A stretch of DNA of 64,000 nucleotides. Source: a virus. Taxonomy: Duplodnaviria; Caudoviricetes. Location: IMG/VR virus record IMGVR_UViG_3300009692_000017, positions 28,277 to 92,276 of that record. One strand, given 5' to 3'. Within the stretch, counting starts at the first letter, position 1. Every line of letters starts with the position of its first letter. This document shows, piece after piece, positions 41,591-50,815 of the stretch. The position numbers were made by a program, and so were the translations under genes. The notes under the pieces are model-generated. The model was given only the letters and a program-made list of their open reading frames with translations. It was not told the DNA's origin and did no database searches.

Positions 41591-41887
41591 ATGTATTATA
41601 AATTCACATCAGATATTACTAGATTTGGACCAATTCTTTGTCCTTACGTATTAGAAATAGACGAAAATAACATCAGATATAGCAAAAGAAATAAAAGTTT
41701 ATTAAATAAAAACACAATGACGATAGGCATTAATAATGTTGCTGCAGTAAAAGTGGAAGCATCATTAATTGGTACTATTTTAACTATTTCCAGTTTTGGC
41801 GGAGAAGATATTGTTATTAAAAAAATGAATATCCAGGACGCTTATAGAGCCGAAGAAATAATCAATAATATGAAAAAAAAAATTTAA
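41591..41887 (+). CDS. Hypothetical protein (possible bacterial PH-like fold)
   Basis: 98 aa, beta-rich with C-terminal helix. Confidence 0.5.
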   Translation: MYYKFTSDITRFGPILCPYVLEIDENNIRYSKRNKSLLNKNTMTIGINNVAAVKVEASLIGTILTISSFGGEDIVIKKMNIQDAYRAEEIINNMKKKI

Positions 41888-41912
41888 AAAAATCTTGTAA
41901 AATAAAAAAAAT

Positions 41913-42428
41913 ATGAATACATTATTAAAATACGGTAAAAAATCATCAAATCAAGATGTCGAAAATTTTAAAAATGAAAATCAAAATACCGATGAAGACG
42001 TGGTAAGAGAAATAGAGAAAGAAAATGATGATATTATTAAATATCGGGATGAAGATTTTATAGAAAAAATAAAATTAAAAGCGTTGGAATCATATGGAAA
42101 TTGGGGAAAACATTGGTATTCTTTGCAATACGATAATTATTGTGACAATAATTATCAACCATACTGCTGGAAGCGAAGCGAACCACAGGAAAAAAAGACA
42201 TCGAATAATGATTCTTTAATTGACACAATTAAAGCTCTTATAAAAGAAAATGATGAATTAAAAACCGAAAAGAAAAAAATCGAAAGAGATCTAAATTCTG
42301 AAATTATTAAAATGAAAAAAATCATTATTGATTTACAGGAAAAACTTAAATTCATTGATAGTGATATAGATAGATATAAAAAATATAAAGAAATAGATCC
42401 TTACGATGAGGAAAATTGGTGTGATTAA
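41913..42428 (+). CDS. Coiled-coil protein with DPYDEENW tail
   Basis: Ends KYKEIDPYDEENWCD. Confidence 0.6.
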   Translation: MNTLLKYGKKSSNQDVENFKNENQNTDEDVVREIEKENDDIIKYRDEDFIEKIKLKALESYGNWGKHWYSLQYDNYCDNNYQPYCWKRSEPQEKKTSNNDSLIDTIKALIKENDELKTEKKKIERDLNSEIIKMKKIIIDLQEKLKFIDSDIDRYKKYKEIDPYDEENWCD

Positions 42429-42446
42429 TAAAAATAAAAAAAAAGA

Positions 42447-42653
42447 ATGACAGGAATATTTAAAAATAATAAAATCAAGTATAGTACACCATTTATCAAT
42501 TATTTAACGGGAGGTAATTGGGAAAATGGGTTTTCACGTGTTCAAACAGATTATCCCCAGGATTATGAATATGATTATGTTTCTGAAAAGAATCTCATTG
42601 ATGGAGAAACATATGAGTTTGAATTAAAGGATAATATAGCTCACATAAAATAA
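42447..42653 (+). CDS. Hypothetical protein
   Basis: 68-aa ORF, A-rich leader. Confidence 0.5.
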   Translation: MTGIFKNNKIKYSTPFINYLTGGNWENGFSRVQTDYPQDYEYDYVSEKNLIDGETYEFELKDNIAHIK

Positions 42654-42813
42654 AAAAAATAAAAAGTATAATTACGACGTGAAACCAAGTGAATATAGAA
42701 TTGTTGAATTTTATTGCTAGTAGATAATTTAAAAAATGCGATTAATAAAAACAAATTATAAAACTAATAATATAATCTTATCGAAATGAACATAAAAATA
42801 AACGAAAGAAAAA

Positions 42814-43056
42814 ATGAGATTAAAGAGAAAGAAAAAAGATGATATCGAAAAAATTTTAAACAGGATAAATGAAATAAATAAAATAAAAAACGATCTCAAC
42901 AAAGAAATTGAAGAATTGAGAGATAAATGTCCACATAATAATAAGAAAATTGGATATTTATTAAATTCATTTGATTCTTACAATATAACTGAGATTTGTA
43001 CAGATTGTGGAAAAATATTAGGACCTATAACAGAATTAAACATAAGAAACATATGA
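42814..43056 (+). CDS. Small coiled-coil + Zn-ribbon protein
   Basis: CPH...CTDCGK. Confidence 0.55.
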   Translation: MRLKRKKKDDIEKILNRINEINKIKNDLNKEIEELRDKCPHNNKKIGYLLNSFDSYNITEICTDCGKILGPITELNIRNI

Positions 43057-43247
43057 ATATAATAATTTTAATATTAGCAATTATATTTTTAATTCTTTCT
43101 ATAAATGCATCTTATATTTTTATAAAAAATATAGAAAGCAAAAGACCAAAATGGATGTCATATAATTGGATATTCGTATTTCTTTTATATGGAACAATAG
43201 TCTGTCTTGGATATTTCTTGAAATTCATTCTACATCTTTTAAAATAA
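43053..43247 (+). CDS. Small two-TM membrane protein (start revised)
   Basis: ATGA overlap with previous stop; MNIIILILAII... Confidence 0.5.
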   Translation: MNIIILILAIIFLILSINASYIFIKNIESKRPKWMSYNWIFVFLLYGTIVCLGYFLKFILHLLK

Positions 43248-43257
43248 AAAATCAATC

Positions 43258-43506
43258 ATGAAAAAAATATTTTTAACTTTAACAACTATCTTTATTTTGT
43301 CATGTTCTACGAACAATAGACAAATTAAACAAGTTATCGATTACGATAATATTAATAATACATATAGTATAACAACAAGTTTTGAATATCCGGAATCTTA
43401 TTGGTCACACGTTTATTGTAAATACGGCGCCGATTCTATAATGAAAGTGGAATACTCTAAAGCTGATTCTATTCAAAAATTAATGGACAAAAAAACAAAT
43501 AAATAA
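43258..43506 (+). CDS. Small putative lipoprotein
   Basis: MKKIFLTLTTIFILSC lipobox. Confidence 0.55.
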   Translation: MKKIFLTLTTIFILSCSTNNRQIKQVIDYDNINNTYSITTSFEYPESYWSHVYCKYGADSIMKVEYSKADSIQKLMDKKTNK

Positions 43507-43563
43507 AAATTATATGAAAAAATTAATAGATAACTTAAAGATAAATAAAATTCCAATTATACT

Positions 43564-44010
43564 ATGGTCATTCATAGTATTATATCTGACGATATTATTA
43601 ATCATTTTAAAATAGATTTTCTTAAAAATTATTTTATGAAATTAAATTTAGAACAAAGAAGTAAACTATTTGAAATAGTTAAAAAACACATCACAAATAA
43701 TAAAGATAAAGTAAATATAATTTCATCGGATCATCCAAATATGTCATTTGTATATAATGACGATGACTATAAAATTACTTATTTTTATAATCAATTCGCC
43801 CTCGGAATAACAACTGGAGATGTTGTTCAAATCACTCTATACGATAAAAAATATAAAAATATTGTCAAATTTGATAGTGGTGATTATATTTTTATGAAAA
43901 ATAGAAAAGACATGCTTGAACTTGTTGAATATATTCATATCAACATTTTCAAATATGATAAAACAGATAATGATAATCAAATTATAATTAATAAAATTTT
44001 AGGATTATGA
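43564..44010 (+). CDS. Hypothetical protein (true start possibly at MKLNL)
   Basis: ORF track; co-oriented cluster. Confidence 0.5.
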   Translation: MVIHSIISDDIINHFKIDFLKNYFMKLNLEQRSKLFEIVKKHITNNKDKVNIISSDHPNMSFVYNDDDYKITYFYNQFALGITTGDVVQITLYDKKYKNIVKFDSGDYIFMKNRKDMLELVEYIHINIFKYDKTDNDNQIIINKILGL

Positions 44011-44122
44011 TAAAAATATTGATGATTATATTCGGTTCTTATATATTATCTATTTTCGTTACTAGATATTTAAATCGTGTAGAAGATTGGTCCAAATAAT
44101 TAATATATAATAATAAAAACAT

Positions 44123-44788
44123 ATGGGTTATACTACAGAATTTCAAGGTACTTTAAATTTTAGCCGACCAGCAACCGCAGAAGAAAAAAATTATATTAAC
44201 TTGATATCACGTACACGTAGAATGAAACGCGATGTCGTCAAATTAATGGAATTATATAATGGAAAAGGCGGAAATCCCTTTGCCGATGGATATACACCGG
44301 AAGAAATATATGGTGTCGATGGTGAATATTTTGCTGTAGATGATGGTCTTAATGGTCAAAAATATGACGACTCTATCGTTGATTATAATGTCCCACCTGG
44401 TCAAATGTCCTACGTTTCTATTAGAAAAGATGAAAGACCAGCGTTAGAAATGGCGAGGATTTTTAATGAAAATAGAAGAAGAATTAACGATGGAGATTGT
44501 CAACCGAGTTTGTGGTGTCAGTGGGTTATTACTGAAGACGGAACCGGGCTGGAATGGAACGGTTATGAAAAATTTTATGAATATGAACATTGGCTAAAAT
44601 ATCTCATAAAACATTTTTTTAAAAAATGGGATATTAAATTGAATGGTGAAATTTTTTATTATGGAGAAGAACCTGATGACAAAGGAATCATATCAGTAAA
44701 AGATAATATCGTTGAGTTAAAAGAAATAGAAATAAAAAGAATATTTACACCAGAAGATCCTTATGGTGAAGAAGATTGGAACGAATAA
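44123..44788 (+). CDS. Phage hypothetical protein with appended DPYGEEDW tail
   Basis: MGYTTEFQG...QPSLWCQW...WNGYEKFY...LNGEI...GEE; ends RIFTPEDPYGEEDWNE; TTAATATATA at 44100-44109. Confidence 0.7.
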   Translation: MGYTTEFQGTLNFSRPATAEEKNYINLISRTRRMKRDVVKLMELYNGKGGNPFADGYTPEEIYGVDGEYFAVDDGLNGQKYDDSIVDYNVPPGQMSYVSIRKDERPALEMARIFNENRRRINDGDCQPSLWCQWVITEDGTGLEWNGYEKFYEYEHWLKYLIKHFFKKWDIKLNGEIFYYGEEPDDKGIISVKDNIVELKEIEIKRIFTPEDPYGEEDWNE

Positions 44789-44798
44789 AAAATAAAAA

Positions 44799-44978
44799 AT
44801 GAAAAAGAGAGAAAATCAAATTTGCATGTCTTGTCTTGGTGAGTTTCCAGATAAAGATATTTATTGGATTAATAGAATCAATTGTCAAGTTTTACATTGT
44901 TTAGATTGTATAGAAAAAAAAGGAATTGAAAAATATATTCCTTACTCAAAACCAAGAAAAAGAAAAACAAAAGATTAA
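44799..44978 (+). CDS. 59-aa Zn-finger-like protein (not in ORF track)
   Basis: Hand translation: CMSC...CLDC, basic tail. Confidence 0.5.
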   Translation: MKKRENQICMSCLGEFPDKDIYWINRINCQVLHCLDCIEKKGIEKYIPYSKPRKRKTKD

Positions 44979-44996
44979 TTTTTTAATATAAATCTC

Positions 44997-45488
44997 ATGA
45001 TACAAATTGTCGAATCGCCAAAAGAATTGTTGATCAAATCTCCAATTGAATTATTTTTAGCTGGTGGTATTACAAACGTGAGAGATTGGCAATCAGATTT
45101 GATAGAAAGATTGTTAATAGATAGTGAAAATAAAATACACGATTATCTTTCTAACGTAGTAGTATATAATCCTAGAAGACAATATTTCCACAATGAAGTG
45201 GATGAAATTATCAAACAAATTAATTGGGAACATTGCAAATTGAAAAAATCAGATATAATTAGTTACTGGTTTGCTAAAGGTTCTCTTAATCCAATTGTTT
45301 TATTGGAATATGGTAAATTTGGATTATCGAGTAATAAACCGATTGTTGTTGGTATAGACGAAGGATATGAAAGAAAAATGGATATTGAAATTCAAACAAA
45401 ATTGTCAAGACCTGAAATTAATATAAATTATAATTTTAAAGATTTTTATTATAATGTATTAGCTGAAATTAAAAAATTATGCAAATAA
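44997..45488 (+). CDS. Nucleoside 2-deoxyribosyltransferase-like protein
   Basis: LFLAGGI...DWQ, NPRR, QINWE, YWF...PIVLLEYG. Confidence 0.75.
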   Translation: MIQIVESPKELLIKSPIELFLAGGITNVRDWQSDLIERLLIDSENKIHDYLSNVVVYNPRRQYFHNEVDEIIKQINWEHCKLKKSDIISYWFAKGSLNPIVLLEYGKFGLSSNKPIVVGIDEGYERKMDIEIQTKLSRPEININYNFKDFYYNVLAEIKKLCK

Positions 45489-45712
45489 GAAAAAAAATTA
45501 TTCAAATAAGAAGATTATTTGGATTTCAATGGTTTGATAAATGGTGGTGGAAATATTTATTAGAAAAACCAGATTGGTATTCTAAGGGTTATGCATCAGG
45601 ATGGACAAGATTCTGGTGTAGAGCAAATGGTCATCGAAGTGGAGTCTGGTGGAATAATCCCGGTAGTGAACCAAATATGAGATGTAAAAATTGCGGTGAC
45701 GATTTAGGTTAA
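45479..45712 (+). CDS. Small Trp/Cys-rich hypothetical protein
   Basis: WCRANGH...CKNCG. Confidence 0.55.
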   Translation: MQIRKKIIQIRRLFGFQWFDKWWWKYLLEKPDWYSKGYASGWTRFWCRANGHRSGVWWNNPGSEPNMRCKNCGDDLG

Positions 45713-45719
45713 AAGAAAT

Positions 45720-45887
45720 ATGAAAAGTGATTGGAATGTTTTTATTATAAATACATTATTGGCTTTTGTAGTGACATTAATTTTTTATTTCACAAATGTT
45801 GTCGGTAATAATGAGTTTGAGAGAATTGTCATTTTTCTCTTAACAATTATTTGGTTTTATCAAATGGACATTTATAGAAAAAAATAA
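45720..45887 (+). CDS. 55-aa membrane protein (not in ORF track)
   Basis: Hand translation MKSDWNVFIINTLLAFVV..., two hydrophobic segments. Confidence 0.45.
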   Translation: MKSDWNVFIINTLLAFVVTLIFYFTNVVGNNEFERIVIFLLTIIWFYQMDIYRKK

Positions 45888-45901
45888 CAAAGGAGGTATA
45901 T

Positions 45902-46045
45902 ATGATAGTTTTTATTTTAGTAATTGGATTAATATTGTTCTTATTATTATTGACGTATTTTCATCAAAGAGAACAAAGAAATAATATGGAAGAAGATGAA
46001 AATTATGTTGAACCAAAAATAGAAAGGGAGGAGGATGAATCATGA
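45902..46045 (+). CDS. 47-aa single-TM protein (not in ORF track)
   Basis: AGGAGG at 45891; MIVFILVIGLILFLLLL...; ATGA overlap with next gene. Confidence 0.5.
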   Translation: MIVFILVIGLILFLLLLTYFHQREQRNNMEEDENYVEPKIEREEDES

Positions 46046-46332
46046 ATTATACAATCACGTATGATAATATTACTTGGACTAATGATTCAACAGATGTTTT
46101 CAAAACATATGAACAACCAGTTGAACAATCTGTTGAATCATATTATTTAGATTACAACACTATAATTGATATTAATAATATGAGATCAGAAATCTATAAC
46201 CTTAAAAAAGAATTAGAAGATTCTAAAAAAATCATAAATAAATTAGAAAAATTAATATTTGAATTTATTGATAATCCAGATAAAATAAAAAGTATAAGAA
46301 AAATAGATCCTTATGGTGAAGAAGAATGGTGA
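46042..46332 (+). CDS. Small coiled-coil protein ending in DPYGEEEW
   Basis: Stop codon immediately follows the motif Trp. Confidence 0.65.
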   Translation: MNYTITYDNITWTNDSTDVFKTYEQPVEQSVESYYLDYNTIIDINNMRSEIYNLKKELEDSKKIINKLEKLIFEFIDNPDKIKSIRKIDPYGEEEW

Positions 46333-46372
46333 AAATAAAAAACGAGAATCAAATTTAATAGAGAAATATAAA

Positions 46373-46747
46373 ATGTCATCTGATTTAGCATATTCAATGA
46401 TGAATAACACTATATCAGAATATTTGATGTTGTATAATCATCGATTTAACACATCACGAACCAGAAAAGAAATTGTTGATGGGATATCAATGAAAATTGA
46501 AGAACAAAAAAGACAATTTCTTGACGATGATATAAACTATGAAGTAATATGTAATGAAACAAATAATCCTGATATTATTGTCGATATTCAACATTTAATA
46601 GTCGATGTGGATATAATAATAAATCATTTTCATTATATTTTACATTATCATTTAGGAGGAGAAGAAGTAAAAAAACCAACCAAAATAATGAATCAAATTT
46701 TTACAGACGAAGATCCTTATGGTGAAGAAGATTGGGGGGAATATTAA
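46373..46747 (+). CDS. Stand-alone tail-sheath C-terminal-domain paralog with DPYGEEDW tail (start revised)
   Basis: LYNHRFNTSRTRKEI / ICNETNNPDIIVDIQ align with sheath NYHWRFNTPEIRAEI / VCDKTNNTDYIIDLQ. Confidence 0.65.
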   Translation: MSSDLAYSMMNNTISEYLMLYNHRFNTSRTRKEIVDGISMKIEEQKRQFLDDDINYEVICNETNNPDIIVDIQHLIVDVDIIINHFHYILHYHLGGEEVKKPTKIMNQIFTDEDPYGEEDWGEY

Positions 46748-46781
46748 TAGATGAAAAATTAATTTTAATATATAAATAAAC

Positions 46782-46982
46782 ATGAAAATAAATTTCAATC
46801 ACACAGAATGTTGTTTAATGATTATCATTGTTATGATTTTATCATGCTGTTGTAGTACATCGATCAATATGGTAAGAGAAAAGGAATATTCATTAAGAGA
46901 TGATATAAACAAAGATATTATTGAAGTGTTTTACAATAATGATACTGTTGGTAAAACTAATATGATATATTTACCTAAATAA
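46782..46982 (+). CDS. Small putative lipoprotein, possibly truncated
   Basis: Hydrophobic N-terminus ending ILSC; TTAATATATA at 46765-46774. Confidence 0.45.
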   Translation: MKINFNHTECCLMIIIVMILSCCCSTSINMVREKEYSLRDDINKDIIEVFYNNDTVGKTNMIYLPK

Positions 46983-47012
46983 TACATGTATAAAAATTTT
47001 TACAGATGAAGA

Positions 47013-47579
47013 TTATTTATCTTCCCATTTTTCTTCATCGTATGGATCTACTATTTTTCTTTTGATCTTGGTTTTTTTTATAATTTCTTTTTCTTCATCT
47101 GTCAAATTAAAAACATTTGATAATTTTTCTCTTTTTTTCAAATTTTTAGATAATATATAAATATCATTTATACAAGAGGATATTTGCTCATTGTTATTTT
47201 TTTTAATTGATTCAATCAATTGCAATTTAATATTTCTTAATTCTTCCTCGATATCTGGATATTTTTCTATTAAACCCTCGATAACTTTAAATCTTTTATT
47301 AGTAATACCTAATAAACCAATTGATCTTAAATTATTATATAATTTCTTTAATGATACTTTAAAAATTAAATTTAATGATAATGGAACATAAGAAACTAAA
47401 GCGATCGCTCTAAAAAGATCTTTCACAATAACATTATCTAATAATAATCCAAACCAACAAAAACTTCCAAATATACTTGTTATGAATAATGATGCCCAAT
47501 CATTTATATTCATTTTTTTATTTACGAAATCATACAACCCTTCGTTTACAAACTCTTCATATCTTTTTATATTATTCAT
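47013..47579 (-). CDS. Two-TM protein with CTS-like leader and DPYDEEKW tail
   Basis: MNNIKRYEEFVNEG; ends IVDPYDEEKWEDK; TTAATATATA at 47598-47607. Confidence 0.65.
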   Translation of the reverse strand: MNNIKRYEEFVNEGLYDFVNKKMNINDWASLFITSIFGSFCWFGLLLDNVIVKDLFRAIALVSYVPLSLNLIFKVSLKKLYNNLRSIGLLGITNKRFKVIEGLIEKYPDIEEELRNIKLQLIESIKKNNNEQISSCINDIYILSKNLKKREKLSNVFNLTDEEKEIIKKTKIKRKIVDPYDEEKWEDK

Positions 47580-47613
47580 GAAAACAATTATTTTCTTTAT
47601 ATATTAATTTTTT

Positions 47614-48027
47614 TTATTTTTTTTTGTTTTTATATCTTGAAATTAATTTTCTTTTAGATTTTTCTTGATTTTTAATAATTTCCATTTTTCGTTTTTTAAT
47701 GATTTCTTGTTCAACTTTATTTGGTGAAGGATTACATCTACAATATAAATTATAGAATGGTTGTGTATTTTTAATATTTATTATATTTTGATCGACTACA
47801 TATTTATTACCGAATTTATATTCTGGTGTATCTTCACCCAACCAATAAACATCGTCATCTATTTCAAAATTTTTATCAAAAGCAAATCTTTCAGACCCAT
47901 TTGGATCCAAATAATTGATTCTATATCCTCTTGATTCCATGTCAGAACAATAAGGGGATTTATCCTTACTCAGAGGCATTCTGGTATTAAATGCGTATAA
48001 TTCATTGAATTTTTTAATATGTATCAT
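47614..48027 (-). CDS. Hypothetical protein with CTS-like leader
   Basis: MIHIKKFNELY. Confidence 0.6.
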   Translation of the reverse strand: MIHIKKFNELYAFNTRMPLSKDKSPYCSDMESRGYRINYLDPNGSERFAFDKNFEIDDDVYWLGEDTPEYKFGNKYVVDQNIINIKNTQPFYNLYCRCNPSPNKVEQEIIKKRKMEIIKNQEKSKRKLISRYKNKKK

Positions 48028-48038
48028 TATGTCTGGAT

Positions 48039-48417
48039 TTAAATCTGAAATAAGTCTCGTGGATTTACCCTCCTTATACGTTTAGGTTTAAATGTATCAT
48101 CTTCATTATAAGAAACAAACCAAAGTCTTATCACGTCTTTTTTGGGCATCAAAACGAAACTATCGTCTTCTGGATCTTCACGATAAATATCAATTAAATC
48201 TTCACTCGAAGAGTTATCAATTGACCAATATTTTCCTCTGGAAAATTCTGGTATGGTTTCTAGCGGATTTTCATTTTCTCTTCCGTGATAAAATCTCATA
48301 TCTTCAACAATTTGTCTGCATATGCCATATTCCTTCACTATTTAATCCTTCTTTTAATCCATCAAAAGATTTCTTCTTTTCATGATAGAAATGATCAAAA
48401 TTCATAATATTATCCAT
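48039..48417 (-). pseudogene. Hypothetical gene with apparent 1-nt frameshift near 48343
   Basis: ATG 48417 gives MDNIMNFDHFYHE...KEGL; removing one base joins it to IVKEYGIC... of ORF 48039..48338; promoter motif lies upstream of 48417. Confidence 0.45.
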
Positions 48418-48524
48418 GTTGTTTTTATTATTATATATAAAATAAAAAAATCTTTTATTGGAAAAAATCATTGAATTTAAATATATAATTTTTTATTTTA
48501 TAAAAAAATCATTAATTTTGTATT

Positions 48525-49052
48525 ATGATATATTTTACATCTGATCTGCACATATCGCACACCAACATTATTCGTTTTTGTAATAGACCTTTCAGCGATG
48601 TTCATTCTATGAACAAACACATGACAGAAACATGGAATAAAATAGTTAAACCAGAAGACGAAATTTACATATTGGGTGATTTTTCTTTTAAAAATACTAA
48701 GAGAAGAATAAGGGATGCTATGTCCAGATTGAACGGTAAAAAATATATGATTAAAGGTAATCATGATCGTTCAGACGAACTAAATAATCTATTAAACTCC
48801 AAATTAATTGAGTGGTGGAAATATAATTATGAATTTACTTATGAATATAAAGGAAAAAACTATACAATTCTTTTAAGTCATTATCCGCATTATCCAACAT
48901 CAGATAATGTTATTTGTTTATATGGTCACATTCACGAAAGAATATTATCTGACGTTATTAACGGAGCTTTTAACGTCGGAGTAGATTGTGTTGGTTATGA
49001 ACCAATTTCAATTGAAAAATTAATTGAACAATATGATATAAACAGAAAATGA
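48525..49052 (+). CDS. Calcineurin-like metallophosphoesterase
   Basis: SDLH..H, LGDF, GNHD, SHYP, GHIH motifs. Confidence 0.9.
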   Translation: MIYFTSDLHISHTNIIRFCNRPFSDVHSMNKHMTETWNKIVKPEDEIYILGDFSFKNTKRRIRDAMSRLNGKKYMIKGNHDRSDELNNLLNSKLIEWWKYNYEFTYEYKGKNYTILLSHYPHYPTSDNVICLYGHIHERILSDVINGAFNVGVDCVGYEPISIEKLIEQYDINRK

Positions 49053-49091
49053 AAAATGTTTTTTAATATATAATTAAAAAACAACACAATA

Positions 49092-49430
49092 ATGAATAAT
49101 ATAATGGATTTTAAGTCATATGAAGCCAAACAAATTGGTTCGATTAATTCAACCACAATGGAAACCCTAACATCATATTATATATGTAATAAATGCAATA
49201 ATACATTTACATCTTTTAATGAACTACCAGCTAATTGTCGTAAATGTGGAAACAATGACATGAAAGAAATATCTGTATTTGATTATTTTACTAATTTGAA
49301 AAAAAATGCTCCCCCAGAAGAATATAAAAAGGAATTTAAAAAGAAAAAAGAACGTGAAAATACAATGATCGATTTAGTTGGTCTTGGGAAATTTCAAAAA
49401 ATGAGAAAATTTAAAAAGGGGATTAATTAA
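49092..49430 (+). CDS. Zn-ribbon protein with CTS-like leader
   Basis: CNKC...CRKC; MNNIMDFKSYEA; TTAATATATA at 49063-49072. Confidence 0.6.
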   Translation: MNNIMDFKSYEAKQIGSINSTTMETLTSYYICNKCNNTFTSFNELPANCRKCGNNDMKEISVFDYFTNLKKNAPPEEYKKEFKKKKERENTMIDLVGLGKFQKMRKFKKGIN

Positions 49431-50281
49431 ATAAAAAATCTTCCGACATTATATAATTCAATAAATTTTGTTATTAATTGTTCTTGAACATACACTCTTT
49501 TATTTATATCGTCTGTCGCTGGAGTTTCTATCGTTATTGATCTATGTACATTACCTATAGTAAAAAGATAATCATCAATAGTACCATCCCTTTCATTTAA
49601 TATTACTCCATCTTTAGTTTTGCCTTGATATGTTTTACCATCAGGTTTTTTTCCAAAATATCGATTTCCTATTTCTTGTAGTTCTTGACAAAAAAAATCA
49701 GGTTTTGCATCATTTATTAATTCGTAAATAAAAAAATGTTTTTCATTTACATCTTCATGACAAGACAGAAATCCGTTTTTAGCTAATTCGCTAATTCTAA
49801 TAAAATTTTTATTTAATATTTTTCCTTCTTCTGTAATTTCTGGTTTTCCTGATTTTGTTCTAAAATATCCCGAATTAATACTTTTTAAATCAGCATTAAA
49901 TCTTATTCCTTTACTAAAACCAAAAGGATTCATAATTGGAATGAAAGATATGTTAACATGAATTTTCATCAATTTTAATTTCATAATAACATTAAGTATT
50001 CCCCAGGGTCCACCGGATTCTTCGCCGTGAACTCCGCCCATGATTAATATATTTGGTCTGCCTTTTTCGTGATCATTTTGAACATGAAAAATAGAAAGAT
50101 CTTCTATTTTACCAAGTTCTTCTATTTTTAGACCTGATTCGAACATACGACTATAATAGTAATCTATGTCATTTGTTTTATGACCGTTGTACAAATTCCA
50201 TATGTATGGTTTAAGTTCTCTACCGTTTATAAAAATCGACTTACTCATTCTTATTAAATTTCGGAAATTATATTTTCCCAT
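49427..50281 (-). CDS. M14-type Zn carboxypeptidase / succinylglutamate desuccinylase-like protein
   Basis: GGVHGEE..GP, NPFGF...RFN, SCHED, TIETP. Confidence 0.8.
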   Translation of the reverse strand: MGKYNFRNLIRMSKSIFINGRELKPYIWNLYNGHKTNDIDYYYSRMFESGLKIEELGKIEDLSIFHVQNDHEKGRPNILIMGGVHGEESGGPWGILNVIMKLKLMKIHVNISFIPIMNPFGFSKGIRFNADLKSINSGYFRTKSGKPEITEEGKILNKNFIRISELAKNGFLSCHEDVNEKHFFIYELINDAKPDFFCQELQEIGNRYFGKKPDGKTYQGKTKDGVILNERDGTIDDYLFTIGNVHRSITIETPATDDINKRVYVQEQLITKFIELYNVGRFFI

Positions 50282-50454
50282 TTATTATTTATCCAACCTT
50301 TAATATTATAAGGGGATTTTATATTTTTTTCTTTAATAAAATTTACAATTGTTGTAAAATTCAGTGCAATAAATGTATTATACCCCTTACCAGGTTCTCC
50401 CCATTCCAATTTAAATTCTTCATAATAAGGATTAAAACTTTCATTTACTCTCAT
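50254..50454 (-). CDS. Small hypothetical protein
   Basis: MRVNES leader; operon context. Confidence 0.5.
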   Translation of the reverse strand: MRVNESFNPYYEEFKLEWGEPGKGYNTFIALNFTTIVNFIKEKNIKSPYNIKGWINNKWENIISEI

Positions 50455-50473
50455 ATTTGATATTTTTTATTTT

Positions 50474-50815
50474 TTATATTTCTTCAATTTTCCATCCCCA
50501 ATCTTCTTCGCCATATGGATCTATTTCAGGATTTTCTATTTTTTTAAAATCTTTAATTTTTCTCATATTATGTGGGCTCACCCACCAATTGATTTCTTCT
50601 ATATAATATAATTTACCAAAATATCTATAAAATGCTACTATTTCACCATTAAAAATATTAGTATGAACATCAGAGTCATAAGTTATATTGTCTATAGTTC
50701 CAATTAATCCATCTAATTCACGTTCATCAGCGTTTCCTCTTAAAACGACTTTATCACCAATTTTAAAATCATCATCGATATTTTCTTTTATATACGTTGA
50801 AAAATTACTTATCAT
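50474..50815 (-). CDS. SH3-like domain protein with CTS-like leader and DPYGEEDW tail (start revised)
   Basis: MISNFSTYIKEN, FKIGDKVVL, EIDPYGEEDWGW. Confidence 0.65.
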   Translation of the reverse strand: MISNFSTYIKENIDDDFKIGDKVVLRGNADERELDGLIGTIDNITYDSDVHTNIFNGEIVAFYRYFGKLYYIEEINWWVSPHNMRKIKDFKKIENPEIDPYGEEDWGWKIEEI

